Assembly (NCBI GenBank): GCA_947084945.1
Contig: CAMTUP010000015.1
Coordinates: 24,576-88,575 of the forward strand
Length of the DNA stretch: 64,000 bases
Source: an uncultured Ignavibacteria bacterium
GTDB taxonomy: Bacteria; Bacteroidota; Ignavibacteria; Tepidaquicellales; OLB5
Direction: 5' to 3'
This document shows positions 1 through 8,801 of this stretch, in pieces (positions within the stretch are counted from its first letter, which is position 1; each line of letters opens with the position of its first letter). The translations under genes were made by a program, and so were the position numbers. The notes under the pieces are model-generated. The model was not told the DNA's origin, ran no database searches, and saw nothing but the letters and a program-made list of their open reading frames with translations.

Positions 1-851
1 TAAATATTTTTTCTGAACATTAAAAACACAGCGCCTATTATAAACAAAAATACTTCTGCCGGGCCAAATAACAGAAACAACCTGAAAATTTCCTTAGCAT
101 TTGTAAACTGATTAATTAGGTCAAACTTCAACGCAGATTTGCCAAGACTGGTATTGGATACAATTGTACCAAAAGTATAATATGCAAATATCCAAAAAGG
201 CAATACTATGCTCAAAACACAAACAGGATATTTCAGGGTCTTTAGGAAACCCTGTTTCCTGCTATAATTCCCGAATGCAAACATGAACCATAAAATCGTA
301 ATTAAAACAAAAATTTCCGGTCTAATTAACATTCCAAATCCCATTAAAAAAAACGATATATATATCCTCTTTGAATAGTATAAATAAAAAATAAGAAGTA
401 CGGTAAATACTGCAAATGATGTTTCCATACCTGTAAATGTTGATCTGATAATCAAGGGATTCAGCATGAATATCAATAGGGCGCTTAAGCGGTAAATGAT
501 ATTTTCTCCGAAGAAGAATTTTGTAAACTTATAGAAAATTATGAAAGAGATTAAAATAAATACCATGTCCAGTGTTTTAGCAAACCAAAACGGGTCTAAC
601 CCAAGAATAAAAGGGATTGTAAGTATTAAAGCCCATAGAGGCCCTGTAACTCCATAACTTGGTTCACCCTTATTAAAAGAGAAATTGTATCCTTCTGAAA
701 TATTCTTGGAGTATTTCAAATATATAAAGGTATCATCAGGTGAATAACTAAACTTCAGGTACTGGCAATAAATAAAGATCAAAACGGCAGCTATAACGGC
801 AATTTTAATTATCTTGTTACTCTTGAATGTAAAACCGGCCGAACTATTCAT
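1..851 (-). CDS. Polytopic membrane protein, GT-C/ArnT-like glycosyltransferase-fold candidate (N-terminal part; runs off the window start)
   Basis: Absent from the ORF track because no stop lies in the window. Reverse-strand reading from the ATG at 851-849 gives MNSSAGFTFKSNKIIKIAVIAAVLIFIYCQYLKFSYSPDDTFIYLKYSKNISEGYNFSFNKGEPSYGVTGPLWALIL... This is colinear with the N-terminus of the 1639-3105 product (PDDTYIYLQYAKNIAAGNGFSFNPGEESYGVTSPLWVLIL; both contain GMETSFAV). The end frame was checked (..MFRKNI at positions 20-3). Confidence 0.7.
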   Translation of the reverse strand, partial: MNSSAGFTFKSNKIIKIAVIAAVLIFIYCQYLKFSYSPDDTFIYLKYSKNISEGYNFSFNKGEPSYGVTGPLWALILTIPFILGLDPFWFAKTLDMVFILISFIIFYKFTKFFFGENIIYRLSALLIFMLNPLIIRSTFTGMETSFAVFTVLLIFYLYYSKRIYISFFLMGFGMLIRPEIFVLITILWFMFAFGNYSRKQGFLKTLKYPVCVLSIVLPFWIFAYYTFGTIVSNTSLGKSALKFDLINQFTNAKEIFRLFLLFGPAEVFLFIIGAVFLMFRKNI

Positions 852-869
852 TTAATAATCAGAAATAAT

Positions 870-1634
870 TTATTTTACCCGGGGAAGATCAAGCGAAGTG
901 TCAATTTTTTCTTGCATACGCCAAATAGCCTGACAAGGAAATTTATTTTCATATAAGGAACGGCTCATCATAACGGAATCAACCCCATGCTTTTCAAGTC
1001 CCTGAATTTTGCTAAGGTCCTGGTAGTTCGATATTCCGCCTGCTGCTGTTACTTTTAAGCCAGTTTCAACTGCAATATTTTTTAGACCCTCTATATCTGG
1101 ACCGGTTAAAGTACCAACTCTGGATACATCCTGATAAATAATACGTTCAACTCCAAGGGTTTTCATGCCAAGAGCAAATTCAAGTGAGTGAATATTTGTT
1201 ACATTACCCCAGCCATCTTTAACAAGGTAACCATTTCTCACATCAACACTGATAGCCACTTTACTTTTACCAAATTCATCAAGAAGTTTTTTAACAAGAT
1301 CAATATTATCAATAGCTGATGTCCCGATAACTATACGGTAAACACCAAGCTCACTTATTAATTGTTTTGCTATTTCAAACGTCCTGATACCGCCGCCAAG
1401 TTGTATAGGTACTCCGACTGTTTCTGTGATTTCCTTGATAAGCTCATAATTTTTTCTTTTACCTGATACAGCGCCATCAAGATCAGAAATATGGATAACC
1501 TTAGCGTTTTCCTTTCGGAAAAGCCTCGCCATACTTAACGGACTCTCAGAATAATAAACGGTCTTATCCTCAAGTCCTTCCACCATTCTTACAGAGCGGC
1601 CATTCCTAATATCTATTACGGGTATTACAAGCAT
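870..1634 (-). CDS. hisA: HisA-type (beta/alpha)8 isomerase (ProFAR isomerase family)
   Basis: VIPVIDIRNGRSVRMVEG..., HISDLDGAVSGK, GGGIRT and AAGGIS match HisA-family signature segments; 254 aa. Confidence 0.8.
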   Translation of the reverse strand: MLVIPVIDIRNGRSVRMVEGLEDKTVYYSESPLSMARLFRKENAKVIHISDLDGAVSGKRKNYELIKEITETVGVPIQLGGGIRTFEIAKQLISELGVYRIVIGTSAIDNIDLVKKLLDEFGKSKVAISVDVRNGYLVKDGWGNVTNIHSLEFALGMKTLGVERIIYQDVSRVGTLTGPDIEGLKNIAVETGLKVTAAGGISNYQDLSKIQGLEKHGVDSVMMSRSLYENKFPCQAIWRMQEKIDTSLDLPRVK

Positions 1635-1638
1635 TAAA

Positions 1639-3105
1639 TTAATTCGTTGGTTTAATAATTTTATATATTTTATAATAACGCGGCGATGGATCAGAAATAC
1701 CCAAACTTGGGAATTTTTTTGTTAACTCAAGCTGTAAACCATACTTGCCAAATTCAGTAACTGTACTTGTTTCTGAAGTATCGCGGTCAATCACATAATC
1801 AGCTTCAATAAATTTCAGCAACTTGTGAGTTTCCATTCGATCATCAAGCGGAGAAGACATAATTTCTTTATTTAAAACAAGATCCCTGTTAATAAGCGCA
1901 GCCGCATCAATTATATACCTGTTAGAAAAATAACCAATAGCCCCAACATCATTTACCAGTATTTTAGCTTTTGGATCCGTATTCTGTTTAAGCCAATCTG
2001 CAATTGGAATAAAACATTCATTAACCCCTTTTGCAAAATCATCAGTGCTGGGTTTAACAAATTTATAAAATATAAATTGCGAATAAAATACTGAAATCAG
2101 AAATACTGCAATTATTATATATTTTTGGTTAAACTTCAGATTTTCAATTGATTTTAGACCAATTAATATAAAAAATGGTGAAATTATCAACAGGTAACGT
2201 GATATAATATCTGCATCAGTAATTATATAAAGAAATACTAGCGCAAATATCCATATAAACATTGGTAATGTTTTCTGAAAGTTTTTCTTCTTAATTGCGA
2301 ACAATATAAAAACAACTGAAAGTAATAATTCAAATAAACCGGCACCGGCAAGAGTTTTAGATATTTCCTTTACCTGTTCAAAAATAATTAGGGGACTGAG
2401 TGATAATGTTGATTTTCCAAGCGCTGTATTCGGCATAAATGTACCAAAGCTGAGCTTGGCATATAAGAGAAATATCAAGACAGGAATTGCTGTTAACAAA
2501 ATATACTTAGAAATTTTTAAAAGATTAAATTCATTTTGTTTTTTCAGGTTATATAATACTATTACAAACAGAACTAGAAATAAAACAAAACCTTCAGGTC
2601 GAGTGAGGTAGAATAAACCCATCAAAAAAAACATTAAGGACCATTTTTGAGTATAATATAGTAAAAAGATCCACACTACCAGCATAACAGCAAAACTGGT
2701 TTCCATTCCTGAAAAAGTCCACCTTACAAACCAGGCATTCAGAATAAATATCCCTGTAGCAGCATAACGGGTCATATCATCTTTAAAGAAAAGTGATGCT
2801 AACCTGAAAAATAGAAATATAGAAAATAAAGCGCATAACAGATCAGCAAATTTAGAGAACCAAAATGCATCAATACCAATAAAATTTGGTAATGTTAATA
2901 TCAATACCCAAAGCGGACTTGTAACTCCGTAACTTTCTTCACCCGGATTGAATGAAAATCCATTACCAGCAGCAATATTTTTTGCGTATTGAAGATATAT
3001 ATATGTATCATCCGGGGCATAGTATGGCTTTTGAATTATGGAAATACAAAAAAGAATTAAAGATACAATAATTAAAATTATTCCTATTGACTTATTGCTT
3101 TTCAC
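1639..3105 (-). CDS. Polytopic membrane protein, GT-C/ArnT-like glycosyltransferase-fold candidate
   Basis: 488 aa with about 12 hydrophobic segments. The N-terminal DDTYIYLQYA...GVTSPLW motif is shared with the partial paralog at 1-851, and there is a soluble C-terminal domain. Confidence 0.65.
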   Translation of the reverse strand: MKSNKSIGIILIIVSLILFCISIIQKPYYAPDDTYIYLQYAKNIAAGNGFSFNPGEESYGVTSPLWVLILTLPNFIGIDAFWFSKFADLLCALFSIFLFFRLASLFFKDDMTRYAATGIFILNAWFVRWTFSGMETSFAVMLVVWIFLLYYTQKWSLMFFLMGLFYLTRPEGFVLFLVLFVIVLYNLKKQNEFNLLKISKYILLTAIPVLIFLLYAKLSFGTFMPNTALGKSTLSLSPLIIFEQVKEISKTLAGAGLFELLLSVVFILFAIKKKNFQKTLPMFIWIFALVFLYIITDADIISRYLLIISPFFILIGLKSIENLKFNQKYIIIAVFLISVFYSQFIFYKFVKPSTDDFAKGVNECFIPIADWLKQNTDPKAKILVNDVGAIGYFSNRYIIDAAALINRDLVLNKEIMSSPLDDRMETHKLLKFIEADYVIDRDTSETSTVTEFGKYGLQLELTKKFPSLGISDPSPRYYKIYKIIKPTN

Positions 3106-3193
3106 AAAGCAATAATAGTAAGAAAATTATAAAGAAAAAGGGTAATCTACCTGATTACCCTTAGAAAAAAATTCTGATACATTTTTAAATCTA

Positions 3194-5527
3194 TTATCTT
3201 CTCACCACCGCAACTTTACCCGTGCAGACATTACTTGCATCTTTATTATACCCTGCTATAATATATATACCGCTTGATACATAATTCCCATTCAAATCCT
3301 TACCATCCCATTCAGCAATCCTGCCGCCTGGTGTTTCAAATTCCGCAACCAATGTGCCGCTGATAGTTAATATTTTCACGGTTGATTCTGCAACCAAACC
3401 ATCAATTTTAAGCTTTGTATCACCCGGCAGTAAGAATGGATTTGGTCCCACTTTAATTTTATCACAGGTTTCCAATGGCTGAATAGCTATAGTATTCAGC
3501 GAAGCCAATCCTTTTTCTGTTCCAAAATAAGCAACTCCGGTTTTAGCTGATACAACAATACTCAAAATTTTATTCGTAGGTAATGGTGAGTTTACAGTAT
3601 TATACCTTGCAAGCAAAGTTGAGCCATCAGGTGATACGTAAAGCAAACCGTTTGCAAGTGTGCCTATCCATTTATTATTCAAAGCATCAACAGCAATGAA
3701 CAAAACATTTTCTGTGAGCGGAGTGCTAATTCCATTTTCTATAATTCGCATTTTAAATGTATTTGGAATACTACCTGGGCTATTTATAACCTGTTCTGGA
3801 TTAGCAATTATAATAATACCGTTATCAGTCGCAATCCAGACTTCACCATTCTTATCAACTACAACATGATTTGATGTGCTAATATCTGTTCCCAAAAGTG
3901 AGGCGTTAATAATCGTTCCATTTGGATTTGTATTTTCATTAAAATATACTACACCTCTGGGTGAGCCAGGTAGATCGTTGGGTAAAGTCATCCATTTTGT
4001 ATTAAAATTATCTATAGCCAAATATATCAGTGTAGTAACAGTAGCGTTAGAAGGTGTGGGATATGCAAGGCATGGGGCGGTAGGTGAAAATCGCACTATT
4101 GGAAGTGAGTTGCTTGGTGCCCTGTTGATAAGCCATAAATTTCCTGAATTATCCTCCCACATACCTTCTACTAAAGTAAAATTTCCATCCAGTGAAACAA
4201 GACATGAATTCTGGTTGGTGTATAATACTACACTATCCCCGTCTATTTTTAACAAACCTGAGCCATAACCGCCAGCCCAAACAGTATTTGAATATTTTGA
4301 AGCATATATATGCCTGAAATCATTAGCCTGCATCCAGGGATACTGGTCTGTTGTAAAATTTTTCCAGTTGTTTAAATCAAATCTATAAACACCCGCATTT
4401 AAACCACCTGAAACACCGTAAATATTTCCGTTTTGATCTATAGAAATATCCTGAAAAACATTTGATGCTGGTCCGTTAGGGAAAACATAATTATTTGTAT
4501 TATTTCTGTAAACATTAACTCCGTTGTTTACAGTACCAATTAAAAGATCACCCCCGTTATTCACCTTTAGCGAGTTTACTTCCGTTCCGCTTTGGATAAG
4601 CTCTGCGTTATTAATATTATTTAAATTAACCCTGAATATTCTGTAATTTCCTTTATAACCATTGTAATTTGTATATGCAGAAAAGTAAAGTACATTGCCT
4701 GATACTGTCATTCTGTAAACAGGATCAACAAACGGAAAACCATTATATATAGGTGCATAAGTGTTGAGTGTTCCATTCTGGTAATAAACCATGCCGCTAT
4801 CAGTTCCCATAAATATCTTTGAATCAAAATAAGCGATACTGTTAATATGGTTACTATTTAAAACAGAATTTCCTGTTACAAATGTTGACCAGTTAGATGC
4901 TATGGGAAGATTATTATTGATGTTTGCATATGCTATTCCATTCCTTGTTGCCGCCCAAATAGTATCGTTAATTACAATAATATCATATACCGGGCTTGAA
5001 GTTGCTAAATTGCCTAACCTTGTATATGGCTGATCTACAAACTGGAATTGAGGAATATTGAATTTAACTATACAAAACTCTGTTGAAAAGAACATCTGGT
5101 TATTATATTCATAAAAAGCATTTATTCTCTTTGAAGGTTCATTTGATGTGCTGATATCGGTTATTTGCCTCCATGATGCATCGGTAGGATTAAGAACACT
5201 TATCGATCCGTCAAAAGCTCCAACCCAAACCTGCCCATTATTTCCTGTTGTTATTGCGGTAAGCTCGTTTGATCTTATACCATCCAGTGTTGTAAATTTT
5301 TTAATATTACCTGAATTATTGGGATTGAAATTAAATAAACCACCCGAAGTAGCAGCCCAAACCTGGTTATTACTCAATGAAATGCCCTTAGTTTCTCTTA
5401 ATGATGTGTATATGTTCCAGCCATTAGAACTTTGAGAATACGATATACTGCAAAAATAAAAAGAACTGCATATAAAAGAAATTAATATTACTAAGATAAA
5501 TTTTTCGAGAATTTTTTTATTCAGCAT
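3194..5527 (-). CDS. Secreted double beta-propeller protein with T9SS C-terminal sorting domain (PorZ-like architecture)
   Basis: 777 aa with a signal peptide. It has repeated WIGT/WVGA/WIAT..G propeller blades of the two-component-regulator-propeller type. The C-terminus is GPNPFLLPGD...WDGKDLNGNYVSSGIYII...KVAVVRR. Confidence 0.75.
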   Translation of the reverse strand: MLNKKILEKFILVILISFICSSFYFCSISYSQSSNGWNIYTSLRETKGISLSNNQVWAATSGGLFNFNPNNSGNIKKFTTLDGIRSNELTAITTGNNGQVWVGAFDGSISVLNPTDASWRQITDISTSNEPSKRINAFYEYNNQMFFSTEFCIVKFNIPQFQFVDQPYTRLGNLATSSPVYDIIVINDTIWAATRNGIAYANINNNLPIASNWSTFVTGNSVLNSNHINSIAYFDSKIFMGTDSGMVYYQNGTLNTYAPIYNGFPFVDPVYRMTVSGNVLYFSAYTNYNGYKGNYRIFRVNLNNINNAELIQSGTEVNSLKVNNGGDLLIGTVNNGVNVYRNNTNNYVFPNGPASNVFQDISIDQNGNIYGVSGGLNAGVYRFDLNNWKNFTTDQYPWMQANDFRHIYASKYSNTVWAGGYGSGLLKIDGDSVVLYTNQNSCLVSLDGNFTLVEGMWEDNSGNLWLINRAPSNSLPIVRFSPTAPCLAYPTPSNATVTTLIYLAIDNFNTKWMTLPNDLPGSPRGVVYFNENTNPNGTIINASLLGTDISTSNHVVVDKNGEVWIATDNGIIIIANPEQVINSPGSIPNTFKMRIIENGISTPLTENVLFIAVDALNNKWIGTLANGLLYVSPDGSTLLARYNTVNSPLPTNKILSIVVSAKTGVAYFGTEKGLASLNTIAIQPLETCDKIKVGPNPFLLPGDTKLKIDGLVAESTVKILTISGTLVAEFETPGGRIAEWDGKDLNGNYVSSGIYIIAGYNKDASNVCTGKVAVVRR

Positions 5528-5634
5528 TATTTTATTGTTTAATTAAAAAAGAGTAGAGGTATTATCTATAGTTTAGATTATGATTGTATGATAATTGAAT
5601 TTTGATAATTATTCTAAATTTTTATTTTTGCTAA

Positions 5635-5949
5635 TTATAGAAGTTCATTTAAAGCCTGTTCAAGCTCAGATTTGGTATGATTATCGCTTTGTGAAGTTGC
5701 AACGTAAATTCCTTTTTCATAAGCTTTCCTTGCTTCGGTTTCATCTCCCAGAATCTCGTATGTTTTACCAAGCTGGTAGTATGTAGCAATATAGTTTGGA
5801 TCAAGTGTTTTTAGCTCTTCAAAAATATCTTTTGCATTTTCGTGTTCATTATTAGAAAAATATTCCAGCCCCAAAGCATACCTTACAAATGTATCTGATG
5901 GATCTATTTGGAGCATATTTTTCAAATTTTCTATCCTGCTGATACTCAT
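5635..5949 (-). CDS. Small TPR-repeat protein
   Basis: 104 aa; TPR-like helices (YALGLEYFSNNEHENAKDIFEELKTLDPNY, YYQLGKTYEILGDETEARKAYEKG). Confidence 0.65.
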   Translation of the reverse strand: MSISRIENLKNMLQIDPSDTFVRYALGLEYFSNNEHENAKDIFEELKTLDPNYIATYYQLGKTYEILGDETEARKAYEKGIYVATSQSDNHTKSELEQALNELL

Positions 5950-6044
5950 TCCTCTTGATACTCATTCAACTAATTTAAGCAACTTAAACGAAAATTAAAA
6001 TTAATAAAAGTGAAAAAATTTGCAACATAAGATAAAACCAGTAT

Positions 6045-6329
6045 TTACAAAGAGATATTCTCAAGGTCTAAAGCAATATCTATATCATTTTGTGTAATTC
6101 CGCCTACTTGGTGTGTTGAAAACGATACTTCAACATCTTTAAATTTCATTAAAATATAATCAGGATGGTGGTTTCTTTTCTGGCAATATCCGCCAATAGC
6201 CGTTACAAAACCCATAGTTGAAGGAAAATTTTTAGTTTTATAAGTTTTTTTTATCGAGCCATCCTTATATTCCCACCCATTTAATTCCTTTAATGCTTCT
6301 GAAATCTGTTCATCTGTTAATTTATACAT
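6045..6329 (-). CDS. 4a-hydroxytetrahydrobiopterin (pterin-4a-carbinolamine) dehydratase
   Basis: MYKLTDEQISEALKELNGWEY...HHPDYILMKFKDVEVSFSTHQVGGIT matches the PCD family core. The track ORF extends to 6350, but the internal Met at 6329 fits the family N-terminus. Confidence 0.85.
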   Translation of the reverse strand: MYKLTDEQISEALKELNGWEYKDGSIKKTYKTKNFPSTMGFVTAIGGYCQKRNHHPDYILMKFKDVEVSFSTHQVGGITQNDIDIALDLENISL

Positions 6330-6350
6330 AATGATTCTATAATTAATCAA

Positions 6351-6372
6351 AAGCGGGCACTTGAGCCCGCTT
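6351..6372 (-). terminator. Hairpin downstream of the 6402-8372 gene
   Basis: aagcgggc-acttga-gcccgctt: 8-bp perfect stem, followed on the minus strand by a short T run. Confidence 0.5.
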
Positions 6373-6401
6373 TATAAAATTTTGCAACATTAAATATGTG
6401 A

Positions 6402-8372
6402 TTATTTAACCAAAATCATTTTCTTTGTATCAGTAAAATTACCTGATACAAGTTTGTAAAAATATACTCCGCTTGAAAGCATTGATGCATCAAATAGAAC
6501 TGAATTTGAACCCGCATCTTTAATTTCATTAACAAGTGTTTTAACTTCTTTGCCGGTTACATCGTATATTTTTAATGTAACAATCCCTCGTTGTGGTAAC
6601 TGGTAATTTATAACAGTTGCCGGATTAAACGGATTTGGATAATTCTGGCTAAGCGAAAATTCATACGGATTTTCTAACCTGTTATTATCAGTTACAACAT
6701 CAGTTACATTAGTAACCGGTATATCTATGTATGAATTTCTGCTTAAATAAACATAATTATAGCCATTGTTCAGCACAGGAAGAACAAATGGATTAGTCCC
6801 TAAAAACCACTGGTCATCAATATGTGTATCAAGATTTGTGATAATGATCTTAATTTTATTTCCTGCTTTAAATATATGTGAATGCGCCTGACCTTCAAAG
6901 TTTTTGGTTCTCCTGCTGTTAGCTGTATAATTTCTATCGGTATAATTTATCCTGTTAATGAGTTTTTCTTTTCCGTTTGTCTGAACTTCTATAATCTGGA
7001 AATTATACTGTGTAAATGTACTTGCTGATGATAAGTAATCCAGATTAACCTTTGGTATCCCAAGCCATTTTTTATCGCTTGTTAATGCAGTACTTGTAAA
7101 TGATACAGTATTTTTTTTAAATTTTGAAGTAAATGTTGTACCTGTGAACTCCTCATTTACGGCTTCCTGCATTGTAAGTCCGCCAGTAACCTGATTTCTG
7201 ATGGAAGTTCGTGTATTATTATTAGTACCTGCGGTAGTTGTTAAGCGGTTATTAGTATTAAAATACAGCCTGTATGGCGATGTAATATTCTGCAGAGCAA
7301 CTTTAGAGCTATCATGTTTAAAGGTCCAGTATAAACCATTTACCGGATACATTGTTGAAGCATAGTCATAATTAGCTGCTGGCAATTTAGTTCCGGAATA
7401 AGGGAAAAGCCAGTAATAGAACCAATCATTGAAAAACTGCATATGCCATGTGTCTTCTGTGGGTGAATTATCTCCACCATGCCCCTGTACAGCCCCAAGA
7501 TAAAGCCTGAATGTTGAATTAGTATTAAGTGTTGATGCCTTCATTATGCCCGAAGCATTAAAAAACTTATCCTGCCATGAGCCTTCCATTATCAACGGTA
7601 CACGATTATTGGGAATGCTTGTCATAAAATCTCTTCCCAATGGCAGCCAGTATGCAAGACTATCCCAGTAATTCTTACTGCTTGAATATATCCAGTCACT
7701 CATTCTTTCAACCTGCGGAGTATATCTTGCAGTATCGGGAGTGTATTCAACTGTCCATAACAAAGTCATTTTTATACAGCCATTTTCTATCCAGCTTGTT
7801 GCAAAATCTGGAGGAGCAAGCGCTGAAATTATTGTCTTTACATTCATACCCATTGTACAAGCCATATATGGAACAAGTCCGCCTTGCGAACCACCCATTA
7901 TAAGTATGTTTCCGGGATTGATTCCGTTCGGAGTATCCTGTTTAATAAAATTTATGAACTCTATCATATCCTGAGCTTCTATGTTGGATATAAGGTTTGA
8001 TAGTCCGGTTGAATTACCCTGCCCGCGCATACTGAATGTTGTAGTATAATATCCATATTCAGCCTGTGCTTTGGCAAATGCAGCAAGTGTTTCTTTATTA
8101 TCGCCATATCCATGCACGAAAACTACTGTAGGCCAGCCACCTGTTGGTGGTGTACCTTGTGGTATGAATTTTAAAGCATCCAGTATTATGCCATCTCGGA
8201 GGGTAACTGTAAAATCGACCCTTGTTACAGGAACTGCCGGGGCATTGGAATACTTTGGAAGGAGTTTCATATATTCATAGTTATCCCTTGCTCGTTTTTG
8301 CTGGGTATAACTTATGTTATTGAGTATTGTAAAAGAAATTAATGCCAAAAATAGTAATTTAGCTGCTCTCAT
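6402..8372 (-). CDS. Secreted CocE/NonD (S15 X-Pro dipeptidyl-peptidase-like) alpha/beta hydrolase with T9SS C-terminal domain
   Basis: 656 aa with a signal peptide. It has VVFVHGYGDNKE and the nucleophile elbow GGSQGG. The C-terminus is NYPNPFNPATVINYQL...SGVYFYKL...KKMILVK. Confidence 0.8.
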   Translation of the reverse strand: MRAAKLLFLALISFTILNNISYTQQKRARDNYEYMKLLPKYSNAPAVPVTRVDFTVTLRDGIILDALKFIPQGTPPTGGWPTVVFVHGYGDNKETLAAFAKAQAEYGYYTTTFSMRGQGNSTGLSNLISNIEAQDMIEFINFIKQDTPNGINPGNILIMGGSQGGLVPYMACTMGMNVKTIISALAPPDFATSWIENGCIKMTLLWTVEYTPDTARYTPQVERMSDWIYSSSKNYWDSLAYWLPLGRDFMTSIPNNRVPLIMEGSWQDKFFNASGIMKASTLNTNSTFRLYLGAVQGHGGDNSPTEDTWHMQFFNDWFYYWLFPYSGTKLPAANYDYASTMYPVNGLYWTFKHDSSKVALQNITSPYRLYFNTNNRLTTTAGTNNNTRTSIRNQVTGGLTMQEAVNEEFTGTTFTSKFKKNTVSFTSTALTSDKKWLGIPKVNLDYLSSASTFTQYNFQIIEVQTNGKEKLINRINYTDRNYTANSRRTKNFEGQAHSHIFKAGNKIKIIITNLDTHIDDQWFLGTNPFVLPVLNNGYNYVYLSRNSYIDIPVTNVTDVVTDNNRLENPYEFSLSQNYPNPFNPATVINYQLPQRGIVTLKIYDVTGKEVKTLVNEIKDAGSNSVLFDASMLSSGVYFYKLVSGNFTDTKKMILVK

Positions 8373-8485
8373 AGTAATTTTTCCCTACTTTATATATTGT
8401 GTAAAATTAATAAAAATAGTGTTTTGTTCCAATACAAAAATCAAAATCTTATATTTGATAAATCCCTTTAAAATAGGATTTTAAG

Positions 8486-8519
8486 AAAAAAATAAAAACC
8501 CCGCTTTTTGAGCAGGGTT
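8486..8519 (-). terminator. Rho-independent terminator after the 8802-10835 gene
   Basis: Minus strand reads aaccctgc-tcaaaaa-gcggggtt (8-bp stem including one G-U pair), followed by tttttattttttt. Confidence 0.6.
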
Positions 8520-8579
8520 TATTTGAAGTAACTTGATATGGATCAATTATCTTTAGTTACTTTTGTAAAGCGAAATTTA

Positions 8580-8681
8580 TTATGCTTTTCTCATTTGTTT
8601 GTTACTATAAAACAGGTAACCTAGTATTACAAATGGTATTAACAGAAACACAAAGATTACCGGTAATATTAATAGTGACAT
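8580..8681 (-). CDS. Possible 33-aa single-pass membrane peptide
   Basis: ATG at 8681 gives MSLLILPVIFVFLLIPFVILGYLFYSNKQMRKA, then a stop. Too short for the ORF track; supported only by hydrophobicity and the intergenic position. Confidence 0.2.
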   Translation of the reverse strand: MSLLILPVIFVFLLIPFVILGYLFYSNKQMRKA

Positions 8682-8801
8682 TTTTGACTCTCTTCTAATA
8701 AATTATTTTTCATTTTATCTTTTTTAAAGCAGGGATATCCCTAAAATTGTTCCCTAACTATCCCTGCTTATTTTTATTTTACTTAATTTATACTTTAAGT
8801 T

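Noticed and set aside
3660-5435. Plus-strand track ORFs 3660-3869, 3876-4268 and 5148-5435
   Set aside because: They lie entirely antisense within the 777-aa propeller gene and have no motifs or independent signals. They are typical shadow ORFs of a long, compositionally biased gene.
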